Source of the DNA: Clostridiales bacterium
GTDB taxonomy: Bacteria; Bacillota; Clostridia; Christensenellales; Aristaeellaceae
Reading direction: 5' to 3'
Length of the DNA stretch: 64,000 bases
Assembly: GCA_012837965.1 (NCBI GenBank)
Contig: DUQF01000013.1
Location: forward strand, 17,360-81,359
Made by a program: the position numbers and the translations under genes. Below the pieces are notes generated by a model, which worked only from the letters and a program-made list of their open reading frames with translations, was not told the origin of the DNA and ran no database searches. Shown here piece by piece: positions 33,623-43,864 of the stretch; positions within the stretch are counted from its first letter, which is position 1; each line of letters opens with the position of its first letter.

Positions 33623-35557
33623 TTAAATATACTCATTTTTGAAATGTTCAAGCTCCAGCTCAGCCTTTTCCCACGCTCGTATCGCTCTTTCCAAGGCAAG
33701 CTTGGTTTCATGGTAGGTTATTGATAACTCTCTTGACACATCGGCATTTTCATGAGTTCTGGGATCACTCAAGTTGATTTCCTGCTTGTGAACCTTTTCT
33801 TCAAGCAAAGCCACCTGTTCAAGGGCAAACTCTACCTGATCTTTTAAAAGATTAAATTCTTTTTTTTCTTCCCTTGTTCGTCTTCTTCGTTTTTGTAGCT
33901 CGGTTTTAGTGATACCATCCGTAACTTCAAGCAAGTTTTTTTCTTGTTCAAGGGTAGCCAAATAATCATCATAATTACCAAGATATTCATGAAGCTTGCC
34001 ATCGGCAAAGTAGATTATTTTTGTTGCAATCCGGTTGATAAAGTAACGGTCGTGGGAAACACATAACAACGTTCCATCAAAATTTTCAAGGGCCTCTTCA
34101 AGCATTTCTCGGCTATCGGCATCCAAGTGGTTGGTCGGTTCGTCAAAGACAAGAAAATTATCGTGTTGTAACAATATTTTTGTTAGAGCAACCCTTGCCT
34201 TTTCTCCGCCAGAAAGGGTGTCGATTTTTTGGTAAACTTCATCCCCAGTAAACAGAAATAAACCCAGAGCACTGCGTATTTTTGTTTGATCAAGGCGAGG
34301 AAAGGCATCCCATACCTCGTCCAATATGGTCTTTTCTTGATTTAGTTTTTGCTGCTTTTGATCATAGTAACCTACTTGCGCATTGGTTCCAAAGTAAGCA
34401 TAACCGGTATCGGGCTTCTGCTCGCCTAAAATGCATTCAATAAAGGTGGTTTTACCGCTTCCGTTAGGCCCGATTATTATAGCCCTTTCTTCACTTTCAA
34501 GATCCATACGCACGTTACTGAACAAGGTACGCTCTCCAAAAGACTTACTTAAATTACGTACCTTGAGGGCATCCCTACCGATACGCTCTTTAGATGAAAA
34601 AGAAAAGTAAATGTTTTTGGTGTCTTTGGGATTGTCCAAAACCTCTATTTTTTCCAGTTTCTTTTCCCTTGACTCGGCAGCTCGAATAGACTTTTCTCGA
34701 TTATATGAGCGATACCTTTCAATGATTGCTTTTTGACGCTCTATTTCTTTTTGCTGTCTATCGTAAGCTCTTTGCTTGGCTTCAAAGCGTTCGACCCGCT
34801 GCTGCATATATTTTGTGTAGTTGCCCTGATATTGCTCGCTTTCACCAAAAAGGATTTCCAGCATATCGGTGCATACCTTATCCAAAAAATAGCGGTCATG
34901 TGAAACAACCATAACTGCACCGGAATAATCCTTCATATAGTTTTCTAACCAACTAAGTGCGTCAAGGTCAAGATGGTTGGTCGGTTCATCCAGTAAAAGA
35001 ATGTCAGGCTTTGAAAGCAACACTTTGGCAAGATTAAGTCTGGTGATTTCACCACCGGATAAAGTTGAAGCCTTATCTTTTTGTCTTTCCTCTGTAAAAC
35101 CTAAACCTACCAAAACACCTTGAATAAGTGAACGGGCGGCATAGCCATTGACCATTTCAAATTGATTGATAAGGCGGTCATATCGATGATATAGGGACCT
35201 GATTTCCTCTTCTGTTACAGCCTTTGCGAGCATAAGTTCCGTTTCTCGCAGTTTCTGTTCAAGTAAGAATACATTGTCAAATACTTTGGCTGTTTCTTCA
35301 TAGATGCTAATATTACTATCAGGGATATCGTTTTGTTTTAGGTAACCAACTTTTAGCCCCTTATATAAAGAAAGGGAACCAGTATCGCAAGATAGTTCGC
35401 CTGCTAAAATCCTTAAAAGGGTAGTTTTCCCCGAACCGTTTACACCAACCAAACCCATCACCTGTTTTTCTTTGAGGGTAAAGTTGATATCTTTTAATAC
35501 GGTTTTCCCGCCGAAAGATTTTGAAACATTTTGTGCTGATAGATATATCAAGGGCAT
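33623..35557 (-). CDS. ABC-F family ATPase (two NBDs, no TM domain; Uup/YdiF-like translation factor class)
   Basis: It has two Walker A motifs (GVNGSGKTTL, GPNGSGKTTF), two signatures (LSGGEITR, LSGGEKAR), a Lys/Arg/Glu-rich interdomain linker and a C-terminal coiled-coil extension. The TTG at 35551 is an alternative start with better spacing from AGGAG. Confidence 0.85.
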   Translation of the reverse strand: MPLIYLSAQNVSKSFGGKTVLKDINFTLKEKQVMGLVGVNGSGKTTLLRILAGELSCDTGSLSLYKGLKVGYLKQNDIPDSNISIYEETAKVFDNVFLLEQKLRETELMLAKAVTEEEIRSLYHRYDRLINQFEMVNGYAARSLIQGVLVGLGFTEERQKDKASTLSGGEITRLNLAKVLLSKPDILLLDEPTNHLDLDALSWLENYMKDYSGAVMVVSHDRYFLDKVCTDMLEILFGESEQYQGNYTKYMQQRVERFEAKQRAYDRQQKEIERQKAIIERYRSYNREKSIRAAESREKKLEKIEVLDNPKDTKNIYFSFSSKERIGRDALKVRNLSKSFGERTLFSNVRMDLESEERAIIIGPNGSGKTTFIECILGEQKPDTGYAYFGTNAQVGYYDQKQQKLNQEKTILDEVWDAFPRLDQTKIRSALGLFLFTGDEVYQKIDTLSGGEKARVALTKILLQHDNFLVFDEPTNHLDADSREMLEEALENFDGTLLCVSHDRYFINRIATKIIYFADGKLHEYLGNYDDYLATLEQEKNLLEVTDGITKTELQKRRRRTREEKKEFNLLKDQVEFALEQVALLEEKVHKQEINLSDPRTHENADVSRELSITYHETKLALERAIRAWEKAELELEHFKNEYI

Positions 35558-35574
35558 CTCCTATCCGACTGCTT

Positions 35575-35602
35575 GAAAAAAGCCGGCACAAAGGCGCCGG
35601 CT
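35575..35602 (-). terminator. Rho-independent terminator after secG
   Basis: The minus strand reads AGCCGGC-gcctttgt-GCCGGCT followed by TTTTTT. Confidence 0.7.
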
Positions 35603-35620
35603 CTGATTGTCTCCTGTAAA

Positions 35621-35857
35621 TTAGACAAATCGCATAGCAAAAGTAAGCACAATAAACACAATAGCGGATACCTTTGTAAGAGTGGCAAGCCTACCTTGCA
35701 TGGACTTATCTTTGTTTTTGCCAAAATAGCTGTCGCCTGACTTGGCGCCAAGCGCAGACAAGCCGTCTTCATCTCCTTTTTGCAAAAGCACAGAAATGAT
35801 AAGTACAGCTGCAACCAACATTAGAATAATGGTAAGTACCAACTGAATTCCAGTCAT
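35621..35857 (-). CDS. secG: Preprotein translocase subunit SecG
   Basis: 78 aa with two TM helices and a central loop reading LLQKGDEDGLSALGAKSGDSYFGKNK, the SecG pattern. The ATG at 35857 is preceded by AAGGGGGA. Confidence 0.75.
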   Translation of the reverse strand: MTGIQLVLTIILMLVAAVLIISVLLQKGDEDGLSALGAKSGDSYFGKNKDKSMQGRLATLTKVSAIVFIVLTFAMRFV

Positions 35858-35989
35858 CGGTAAAAATTCCCCCTTTTCTTTGACGCCGTTTATTTTATCA
35901 CAAGAATCGTGTTTGTGCAAGTAAAATCAGCTGACATGACACTTTCTAATTGTTTTTTTGGGAAAAAATCTAATCATTAATGAGGTTTT

Positions 35990-37678
35990 TTATTTTTTTA
36001 CCGCTTCCTGAAGTTTGTGCGCGTAATGTACAACCTCTTCTGGTTTCACCTTACATATCATACGATCATATGTCATGAGACCGTTAGTCTCGTCCTCTAC
36101 GTCAGAAACCTGAGTATAGACCGCTCCACACAAACCTTTTTGAGCAAGCTTAACCACATCATTAAGCAGTTTCTGCAGGTTGCTGACAAATTCTTCTCTG
36201 GTTTCACAAATCTTGTACCCATAGGTCTTTTTTTGATTAAAGGAGTGTTCCAAATCCTTCCACACATAACCGCCATATTCAGATAACAGCAGAGGTTTAT
36301 CACCTGCTTGCATTTTTAATGGTTTAAAGTAGATATGTCGTGAATCAAAGTCACTTTTCTTTTGCCGAAACCAGCCTGAGGTGGCATCAATCCATCTGGT
36401 TGGATCTTGTATTTTTAACAGTTCATACGCCTTATCGGCATTAAACTGTCCCCAGCCCTCGTTAAAAATTGTCCAAAGAACAATAGAAGGATAATTATTT
36501 AAGCATTCAACAATATCATGCATATGCTTTAGAAAAACGGTACGTACTTTTTTAGATAGATTCAAAAATCTGTCTGACACTTTTTGAAATCCTATGGTGG
36601 GCAGTACGGTATCACGCAGGTAAGAATAGCTGCCATTGTTAACCATATCCTGAAAAACAATCATGCCCAGTCGATCGCAATCGTAGTAAAAACGAGCGGC
36701 TTCAACCTTAATATGCTTCCGTAAGGTATTGAAACCAAGCGCCTTCATATTAAGGATATCTTTTTCATAAAGTTTAGGCGTGGCGGGTGTATATAAACCG
36801 TCACTCCAATACCCTTGATCAAGAACAGCATGGAAAAAATAAGGTTGACCATTGAGACAGAGTCTCTTTTTACCATTGATTTCCTGTATTTCTAAAGTAC
36901 GTAAAGCAAAATAGCTATTGATTTCATCTTCACCTGATTTGACAGTGAAATAATATAAATGAGGATTTTCGGGGCTCCAATGTACAGGGTTCTCTATCTC
37001 AATTGAAAGTTGATTGCCAACAAAATCATATTCTTTTTCCTCAAATATTACGGAACCTTCTTGAATACCTTTGAATGTCAAATGAACGGTGTTATTTTCC
37101 GTCCTAATCCCAATGGTTTGGATATACTTTTGGGGAACAGGCTCTATCCAAACTGTTTGCCAAATTCCGCTAACAGGTGTATACCACATGCCGCCACGAT
37201 TAACTTTTTGTTTGCCCCAAGGGTAGTCAGAATCAAGACCATCTTCCGCTTCTACGACAAGAGTATTTTTCCCTAAAATAATTGCATCGGTAATATCGAA
37301 AGAAAAGGGCAAATAACCGCCTGCATATTTACCAACCAACTCATCGTTCACAAATACACGTGTTTTTTGGTCTACTGCACCAAAGTGTAATAGAATACGA
37401 TGATCCGCAAAGTCAATAGGCAACGTAAATTGTCTTGTATAGCGCATATGAGCAACACCATCATAACTTTCATGAATACCGCTTAATAAACATTCAGGAC
37501 AAAAGGGCACCATTATTTTGCGTACCCCTTTGGATGAAACCCCATTAACCTGTACCTCATAGTCCCATTGTCCGTTTAGACATAACCATTTTTTGCGTTT
37601 CATTTGTGGCCGTGGATAATCATTCCATGGAATATCGGGCAAATTGCGACCTTCAACTGTGTACAGATGCTTATACAT
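35990..37678 (-). CDS. Glycoside hydrolase family 2 protein (beta-galactosidase/beta-glucuronidase-like)
   Basis: The sugar-binding domain reads LHFGAVDQKTRVFVNDELVGKYAGGYLPFSFDITD. The TIM-barrel region reads FNTLRKHIKVE ... VLWTIFNEGWGQ, containing the acid/base NE. Confidence 0.8.
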   Translation of the reverse strand: MYKHLYTVEGRNLPDIPWNDYPRPQMKRKKWLCLNGQWDYEVQVNGVSSKGVRKIMVPFCPECLLSGIHESYDGVAHMRYTRQFTLPIDFADHRILLHFGAVDQKTRVFVNDELVGKYAGGYLPFSFDITDAIILGKNTLVVEAEDGLDSDYPWGKQKVNRGGMWYTPVSGIWQTVWIEPVPQKYIQTIGIRTENNTVHLTFKGIQEGSVIFEEKEYDFVGNQLSIEIENPVHWSPENPHLYYFTVKSGEDEINSYFALRTLEIQEINGKKRLCLNGQPYFFHAVLDQGYWSDGLYTPATPKLYEKDILNMKALGFNTLRKHIKVEAARFYYDCDRLGMIVFQDMVNNGSYSYLRDTVLPTIGFQKVSDRFLNLSKKVRTVFLKHMHDIVECLNNYPSIVLWTIFNEGWGQFNADKAYELLKIQDPTRWIDATSGWFRQKKSDFDSRHIYFKPLKMQAGDKPLLLSEYGGYVWKDLEHSFNQKKTYGYKICETREEFVSNLQKLLNDVVKLAQKGLCGAVYTQVSDVEDETNGLMTYDRMICKVKPEEVVHYAHKLQEAVKK

Positions 37679-37857
37679 GATAATTATCCTTTCTATAGTG
37701 CTTTAAGTGTTCAGCGTGTAGATTTTTATGCACAAAAGCATTTGATACCGAGGCGGCAAGAATAGTGATACGATTAGTCAGCAATTATAGGCTTCATCAC
37801 AAAAAAGCAGATTTTCTCACTGAAATCGTCCTCAAATCCTATGAAAAAAGGTTCTCG

Positions 37858-39003
37858 TTATAACTCGATCACTTCCACCCCCTTGATCGCTCGATCAATT
37901 AGTGCATCAATATCTAACGGGGCTTCTGCCTTTAATACTCTTTCTATTTTAGGACGTGTAACCGGATGCTTTGGGGTAAAGACTGTGCAGCAATCTTCAT
38001 ACGGCAAACATGAAGTTTCATAGGTATCAATTTCTTCTGCTAAGCGGATGATATCAACCTTGTCAAAACCAATTAATGGACGAAAAACAGGTTTGTTTAC
38101 CACGGCATCAGTACAAACAATAGCTTCCATGGTTTGGCTTGCAACCTGGCCAATGGACTCCCCAGTTATTAAGGCTTGTGCCCCATCAAGTAGGGCTATT
38201 CTTTCAGCAAGACGCATCATGAAACGTCTCATAATCAAAGTGGTATGGTCGCTAAAAGATTTTTGGTAAATTTCCATTTGAATTTCAGTAAAAGGAATAA
38301 TATAAAGTTTCATACCGCAGCAATAAGCCGAGAGTTTACTTGCAAGTTGAATAACCTTATCTTTCGAGCGCTCCCCTGTATAAGGATAAGAGAAAAAATG
38401 AACCGCGCTAAGTTCTACGCCCCGTTTGGCAATTAAATAACCGGCAACGGGACTATCAATCCCGGCAGATAGTAGAAGCGTTGCCTTTCCGTTACTGCCA
38501 ACGGGCATACCGCCGGGTCCGGACAAGATTTTAATATATAAATAAGCATGGTCTCTGATTTCTACAGACATCACATGATCGGGATTATGAACATCGACTG
38601 ATAAATGCGGGTGACGATTAAGAATATATGCGCCGATCTCTCGGTTAATTTCAGGTGAAGTCAATGAATATCTCTTATCGCTGCGACGAGACTGAACTTT
38701 AAAAGTACCATTGTATCCATCTATCATATCAGCAGCAGTATTTTGGATATCTTCAAACGATTCTTTACTCATTTCAACAGCAATGCATAGAGAATGAACG
38801 CCGAAGACCTTTTGAATGGCTTGAATTGTTGCGTGTTCATCAGAATAATTAGTCACATAATATCTACCGTCACTAAGTGTAACGACGCCACCATATGGTA
38901 AAACGGCTTTTTTTAGACGTTGTCTTAATAAGTTTAGAAAAAAAGGACGATTTTGTCCTTTCAAATATATTTCTCCGTATCGTACCATCAATAATTGTCG
39001 CAT
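37858..39003 (-). CDS. thiI: tRNA 4-thiouridine synthase ThiI (no rhodanese domain)
   Basis: It has a THUMP-containing N-terminal half and a PP-loop (LLLSAGIDSPVAGYL). It is paired with a cysteine desulfurase gene, as in B. subtilis nifZ-thiI. Confidence 0.9.
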   Translation of the reverse strand: MRQLLMVRYGEIYLKGQNRPFFLNLLRQRLKKAVLPYGGVVTLSDGRYYVTNYSDEHATIQAIQKVFGVHSLCIAVEMSKESFEDIQNTAADMIDGYNGTFKVQSRRSDKRYSLTSPEINREIGAYILNRHPHLSVDVHNPDHVMSVEIRDHAYLYIKILSGPGGMPVGSNGKATLLLSAGIDSPVAGYLIAKRGVELSAVHFFSYPYTGERSKDKVIQLASKLSAYCCGMKLYIIPFTEIQMEIYQKSFSDHTTLIMRRFMMRLAERIALLDGAQALITGESIGQVASQTMEAIVCTDAVVNKPVFRPLIGFDKVDIIRLAEEIDTYETSCLPYEDCCTVFTPKHPVTRPKIERVLKAEAPLDIDALIDRAIKGVEVIEL

Positions 39004-39010
39004 TTAATTC

Positions 39011-40153
39011 CTACCTTCTAACATAGTGTTTAAGTTTATCATAAGCTGAAACACAAGAGTTGATGAGTTTGTCAGCATCAACTTGTGTGTTTAACAAGCC
39101 AAGGCTAATTCGTATAGCTGACTGGGCATCGGTTTTGTCTATACCCATGCTTTGAAGTACCGTGCTTATTCGTTGTTTTTTTGACGAACAAGCAGAACCG
39201 ATGCCTACATAAACATTATCGGCTTCCAAAGCATGCAGCATGGTTTCAGAACGCACGGGAGGTAAAGATACATTCAAGATATGTGGCGCTGCTTGTTGGC
39301 TGTCGGGTACGGGGCCATTTACAGATAGTGTTGGTATGGACTCTTTAAGGCGTTTATAAAGTTGTAATTTTAGCGACCGCATAGACGGATTGGCCGGAAA
39401 ATTTTCAATTGCTGCAAGAAGAGAAAGGATGCCCGGAACGTTTTCCGTACCCGACCGCAGACCATTTTCCTGATTGCCACCAAATAATATGGGAGATAGT
39501 TTACTGCCTTTGGAAAGAGCAAGCGCTCCTATCCCCTTCAACGCATGAATTTTGTGCCCTGACAGACTGTAGCTATTTATATCAAAGAAGCGCATGTTAA
39601 AGGGAACTCGCAAAAAACCTTGAACCCCGTCAACATGGATATGTGCATCTGGTGCCTTGCTTCGTACCAGTTGGACAGCTTCATGAAGCGGCTGGATAGC
39701 GCCCGTTTCGTTGTTCACATGCATAATGCATACAAGCTGAATATCATCTGACAGCAAGTCTTCAAAACTAGAAAGGTCTATAATACCTTCTACAGTATAG
39801 GGAATAGTCTGCGCCTTAAAACCAAGATTTAGCAATTCAAGACAGGCATTAACAACGGAAGGGTGCTCTCCCGCTGAATATAGAATGGTACCCTTTTGGC
39901 GTTTATGCTTAAGTGAACCAAAGATAGCTAAGTTATTAGCCTCTGTTCCGCCAGAAGTGAAATAAACTTGTTCAGCAGAAATTTTGCTTTTAATAAGGTT
40001 TCTGCATCGATTGATTTGTTGCTCTATATCAAAGGCGGGTTTATATAATGCAGCGGGGTTAAAATAGCCCTCTTTTATGCACTGGGTAACCCTTTCTATC
40101 ACTTCATTTGTTGGCCGGGTTGTTGCACTGTTGTCAAAATATGCGATATTCAT
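39011..40153 (-). CDS. Cysteine desulfurase (class V aminotransferase, NifS/NifZ/IscS-like)
   Basis: It reads YFDNSATTRP ... HVNNETG ... SLSGHKIHALKGIGAL (PLP lysine) ... GSACSS (active-site Cys loop). The start is uncertain: 40153, 40177 or 40186. Confidence 0.85.
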   Translation of the reverse strand: MNIAYFDNSATTRPTNEVIERVTQCIKEGYFNPAALYKPAFDIEQQINRCRNLIKSKISAEQVYFTSGGTEANNLAIFGSLKHKRQKGTILYSAGEHPSVVNACLELLNLGFKAQTIPYTVEGIIDLSSFEDLLSDDIQLVCIMHVNNETGAIQPLHEAVQLVRSKAPDAHIHVDGVQGFLRVPFNMRFFDINSYSLSGHKIHALKGIGALALSKGSKLSPILFGGNQENGLRSGTENVPGILSLLAAIENFPANPSMRSLKLQLYKRLKESIPTLSVNGPVPDSQQAAPHILNVSLPPVRSETMLHALEADNVYVGIGSACSSKKQRISTVLQSMGIDKTDAQSAIRISLGLLNTQVDADKLINSCVSAYDKLKHYVRR

Positions 40154-40154
40154 T

Positions 40155-40715
40155 TTAGTTGATTTGGTATTTTCCATGCCCCGCACTGCGTTTAATTAAA
40201 CCCATGAGTTTTTCACTGGGCTCCATGACAACAATCTGTTTTGCTCCTTCTTTGACAAAATAGAGGTAAAACAACTCTGAATCACGGTTTAAAAACCAAT
40301 TAATCATTTTAACGCCAGGCATTGAAGAGTACCGCTTGAATGAGCCAGAAGTTACCAGTCCACAAGCCTCGATATTTTTAAGAGTCATTGAACCAAGATT
40401 TTTGCGTTTCTTGTTGTTGTAAACCCGAGCAAAATCTAAAACGCCGCTTGTAAAGGTATATTCATACTCTGTCCGAATTTTATCCCGGTGAATAAACAGC
40501 AGGATACAGGCGACAAGGGAAATTAACGCCATGATTATGTCAAGTAAGAGAACCGTTGAAAAACCCTGTGAAAAGATGATTGTGATAAGCATATTAATGG
40601 TAAAGAAGGCATAAAAACCGCTTATAATCATAACGACGGCAGAAAAAGCAAATAAAATATTTTCCGCACCTTTATTGCGTTTGATAACTACCTCTTCATG
40701 AAATTGTTCAGACAT
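40155..40715 (-). CDS. Membrane protein of unknown function (two TM helices)
   Basis: 186 aa from the ATG at 40715 (AAGGAGGAG 6 nt upstream). It has two hydrophobic helices followed by a soluble domain. No family was recognised with confidence. Confidence 0.5.
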   Translation of the reverse strand: MSEQFHEEVVIKRNKGAENILFAFSAVVMIISGFYAFFTINMLITIIFSQGFSTVLLLDIIMALISLVACILLFIHRDKIRTEYEYTFTSGVLDFARVYNNKKRKNLGSMTLKNIEACGLVTSGSFKRYSSMPGVKMINWFLNRDSELFYLYFVKEGAKQIVVMEPSEKLMGLIKRSAGHGKYQIN

Positions 40716-41625
40716 AATATACTCCTCCTTGTTTTGGTATGGATACAAGTAATTGCTGTGCCAGATAAGCTAGCAATATTCCCCTCTCGCCAAATTGCTC
40801 CGCAATATTAATAGCTTCATCACAATAAGTTTTCGCGTCAACAAATGACTGTTCAACACCAAAAGCAGCAGGCCAGGTTGGTTTTTGCCTATTTTTATCT
40901 TTTTGTGTGTTTTTGCCCATGGTTTCAGCATCGCTAAAGATATCTGACAAATCATCAATGATTTGAAAGGCAGTACCATAGGCCGTCGCGTATAATTTGC
41001 CCGCTTCAACGAGAGAAACTTTAGCACTAGCCAAGGTTAAGCCGCCGACAATCGCCGCATAAAACAGACGGACTGTTTTATTATATTGTAAATACCGAAC
41101 CAAGTCCATTGATGGAGCTTCCCCCTCATGGATTAAATCTGCTGTTTGCCCGGCGATCATTCCCCTTGCACCTGCGCAATTGGAAAGTATGCGAAGAAAT
41201 GGTAAGGTTTGCGGGTGGTTGGAATGCGCACAAATTTCGTACGCTTCGTTAAGTAGCGCATCCCCTGTGAGAATAGCAATCCCTTCACCAAAAATCATAT
41301 GATTGGTAGGTATTCCTCGGCGTAGTTCATCGTCATCCATAGCCGGCAAATCGTCATGAACAAGGGAATAAGTATGAATCATTTCCAATGCAACAGCAAA
41401 CGGCAAACATTCTTCAAGCTGTTCCTTAGCCAAAGAATAGGCGGCTATCAGCATAATGGGACGTAAACGCTTTCCTCCAGCCAAAAGACTGTAGCGCATC
41501 GCTTCATTTAATGGGCCGGGGATATTATTCTGCATCCATTGCGCACTTTTAATTGGAAGAGCTTTTTCAAGCGCTTGTTCAATTAATTGCTGATATTCCA
41601 AATACAAGGTTTTCCCCTTACACAT
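40708..41625 (-). CDS. ispA: Polyprenyl (farnesyl/geranylgeranyl) diphosphate synthase
   Basis: The first and second Asp-rich motifs read LVHDDLPAMDDDELRRG and FQIIDDLSD. It follows xseB as in Bacillus. Confidence 0.85.
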   Translation of the reverse strand: MCKGKTLYLEYQQLIEQALEKALPIKSAQWMQNNIPGPLNEAMRYSLLAGGKRLRPIMLIAAYSLAKEQLEECLPFAVALEMIHTYSLVHDDLPAMDDDELRRGIPTNHMIFGEGIAILTGDALLNEAYEICAHSNHPQTLPFLRILSNCAGARGMIAGQTADLIHEGEAPSMDLVRYLQYNKTVRLFYAAIVGGLTLASAKVSLVEAGKLYATAYGTAFQIIDDLSDIFSDAETMGKNTQKDKNRQKPTWPAAFGVEQSFVDAKTYCDEAINIAEQFGERGILLAYLAQQLLVSIPKQGGVYYV

Positions 41626-41839
41626 CGGTTTCTATATCCACTTTCTGACCATTTTCAAGCTGTTTAATCTTCATTTCAGCGGCGTTTAAGCGAGCTGTCA
41701 ACTCCTTGATGATTTTGCTTCCGATTACATACTGAGCAAGCATATCTTCAAGAGAAACCTCATTTTCTTCCAAGTTGTTGATAATCTCTTCAAGCTTAAG
41801 CATAGATTCTTCAAAATTGAGTGTATCTTTTTTAGGCAT
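41618..41839 (-). CDS. xseB: Exodeoxyribonuclease VII small subunit
   Basis: A 73-aa helical protein (FEESMLKLEEIINNLE) that overlaps the xseA end. Confidence 0.85.
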   Translation of the reverse strand: MPKKDTLNFEESMLKLEEIINNLEENEVSLEDMLAQYVIGSKIIKELTARLNAAEMKIKQLENGQKVDIETDV

Positions 41840-43037
41840 CTTTCTTTCCTTCCTTTAGCTTCTGTACATAAATGTCTGCATCAATAAAGCGTAATTTGAA
41901 TGTTTCCGGAGCATCCTTTGCGCTTTTGAGAACATGATTTTGAGTGTCTAAAGCAATAATATAACCTCTTTTCATGGTTTCCTCCGGACCCAAGACCATT
42001 AGATGCGTTCTTTTCATTTCAAGTTCAGAGCGCAATAACGCGAGGCGTTGATGGAGAGAGGAGGACAGTTTGGTTTTGTTTAGATGAAGTCGATCGGAAA
42101 ATTGCTTTAATCTGATTTTGGGGTGTAGATTATTGAGGCTAAGCGCATATTGATTTATTATTAACTGAGATTTTGTACAAACCGAAAGGGCGCTTGAACG
42201 TAGAGTGAGAGCTAAAGCCTGAATCTTTTGCATTAAATCATCTTTATCCGGTACCGCTAATTCCGCTGCATGCGATGGAGTAGCAGCACGAACATCGGCA
42301 GCAAAATCACTTAGTGTAACATCGGTTTCATGACCGACGGCAGATATGATGGGGATGGAACAATCAGCCACAGCTCGCACAACTTTTTCTTCGTTAAAAG
42401 GCCAAAGGTCCTCCAAAGAACCGCCTCCCCTGCCGATAATAATTACATCAACATCGGGTTCGCTTTGCATCTCGAGTATTCCTTGAACCAAGTCATCAGC
42501 TGCCAGCGGTCCTTGAACCAAAGATGAACGTAAAAGTAGCTGTACCGATGGGCAACGTCGCTTGACCACCGTTTGAATATCATGTACAACCGCACCTGTA
42601 CTGGAGGTAATAATGCCAACACAGGAAGGCAGCAAGGGCAAGGGACGCTTTCTTGCCGGATCAAAAAGCCCTTCAACCGTCAGCTGTTCTTTCAGCCTTA
42701 GAAAGGCTTCGTATAATTCACCAACGCCGTCTCTTTGCATGTTGGTCGCATAGAATTGATAGTTGCCTGTGGTGGTGTATAGCCCAACAGAACCGGATAA
42801 TATAACCCGCATTCCGTCGGCAGGTAGAAAAGTGATAACAGTACTATACTGCCTAAACATTACACAATCAATGCGGGATTCTTCGTCTTTAAGAGAAAAA
42901 TACATGTGCCCAGATGCATGCCGCTTAAAGTTGCTAATTTCGCCTGCTAAACGTATGTTATGCAAAAATGGATCGGCGGCAAGCGATCGACGAACATACT
43001 CATTCAGTTTTGAAACAGTTAGCGTTCTGCCTTCCAT
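41832..43037 (-). CDS. xseA: Exodeoxyribonuclease VII large subunit
   Basis: The OB-fold N-terminus reads LTVSKLNEYVRRSLAADPFLHNIRLAGEISNFKRHASGHMYFSLKD. The catalytic core reads IIIGRGGGSLEDLWPFNEE. Confidence 0.9.
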   Translation of the reverse strand: MEGRTLTVSKLNEYVRRSLAADPFLHNIRLAGEISNFKRHASGHMYFSLKDEESRIDCVMFRQYSTVITFLPADGMRVILSGSVGLYTTTGNYQFYATNMQRDGVGELYEAFLRLKEQLTVEGLFDPARKRPLPLLPSCVGIITSSTGAVVHDIQTVVKRRCPSVQLLLRSSLVQGPLAADDLVQGILEMQSEPDVDVIIIGRGGGSLEDLWPFNEEKVVRAVADCSIPIISAVGHETDVTLSDFAADVRAATPSHAAELAVPDKDDLMQKIQALALTLRSSALSVCTKSQLIINQYALSLNNLHPKIRLKQFSDRLHLNKTKLSSSLHQRLALLRSELEMKRTHLMVLGPEETMKRGYIIALDTQNHVLKSAKDAPETFKLRFIDADIYVQKLKEGKKDA

Positions 43038-43864
43038 GCAGCCTCCAAGGTATTCTGCATCAGCATACTGATAGTGAGTTTTCCAACGCCGCCAGGAACA
43101 GGGGTAATGTATGAAGCGATTGGAGCAACTGTTTCCATGTCCACATCACCTACCACTTTCCCGTCCAACCGATTGATGCCAACATCAACCACAACAGCGC
43201 CTTCTTTGACCATATCCCCCGTAAAAAATTTTGCATTTCCAATGGCAACCACTAAAATATCCGCCTGCCTAGTCATCTCCTTCAAATCTTTGGTGTATAT
43301 ATGACAAATCGTAACCGTGCAATTCTCTTGCAGTAACAGCATTGCAAGAGGCTTTCCAACAACATTAGAGTGATTGACTATTACAGCGTGTTTACCCTCA
43401 AGCTGAATACCTGTAGATTTTAACATGTAAAGAATCCCTTTTGGTGTACAAGGAACGATGCTATTCTGCCCTCGAAAAAGCATACCGGCATTCAGAATAT
43501 GAAAACCATCGACATCTTTATGGGGTACAATTTCTTTGAGAACTGCTGCTTCATCAAGGTGTTTGGGTAAAGGAAGCTGGACAAGAATTCCATGCACGGA
43601 CGTATCCTTGTTGAGACGATCTATTAAATCGACCAATTCTTGCTGTGTAGTGTTTTCCGGTAACCTAAAGGATTTTGATTCAATACCGATGGTTTTACAA
43701 GCTTTTTCTTTATTGCGAACATAAATGGCGCTGGCCGGATCTTCACCAACGAGTACAACTGCCAGTCCAGGATTAATTCCTGAATCTTTTAGGGCTTGCG
43801 CCTCCTTGATTTGTTGTACAAGCAATTGCTCAGATAAAAGCTTTCCATTAATCAAAGTTGCCAT
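43019..43864 (-). CDS. folD: Bifunctional methylenetetrahydrofolate dehydrogenase/cyclohydrolase
   Basis: It reads LINGKLLSEQL ... PGLAVVLVGEDPASAIYVRNKEKA ... GILVQLPLP ... TPVPGGVG. Confidence 0.95.
   Translation of the reverse strand: MATLINGKLLSEQLLVQQIKEAQALKDSGINPGLAVVLVGEDPASAIYVRNKEKACKTIGIESKSFRLPENTTQQELVDLIDRLNKDTSVHGILVQLPLPKHLDEAAVLKEIVPHKDVDGFHILNAGMLFRGQNSIVPCTPKGILYMLKSTGIQLEGKHAVIVNHSNVVGKPLAMLLLQENCTVTICHIYTKDLKEMTRQADILVVAIGNAKFFTGDMVKEGAVVVDVGINRLDGKVVGDVDMETVAPIASYITPVPGGVGKLTISMLMQNTLEAAWKAER

Noticed and set aside
35548-35920. Overlapping ORFs (35548-35814, 88 aa) and the long form of the secG ORF (35621-35920, 99 aa).
   Set aside because: The 88-aa ORF is in a different frame across secG with no ribosome-binding site. 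The N-terminal 21 codons of the long secG form lack a ribosome-binding site, whereas the ATG at 35857 has one and gives a typical 78-aa SecG.
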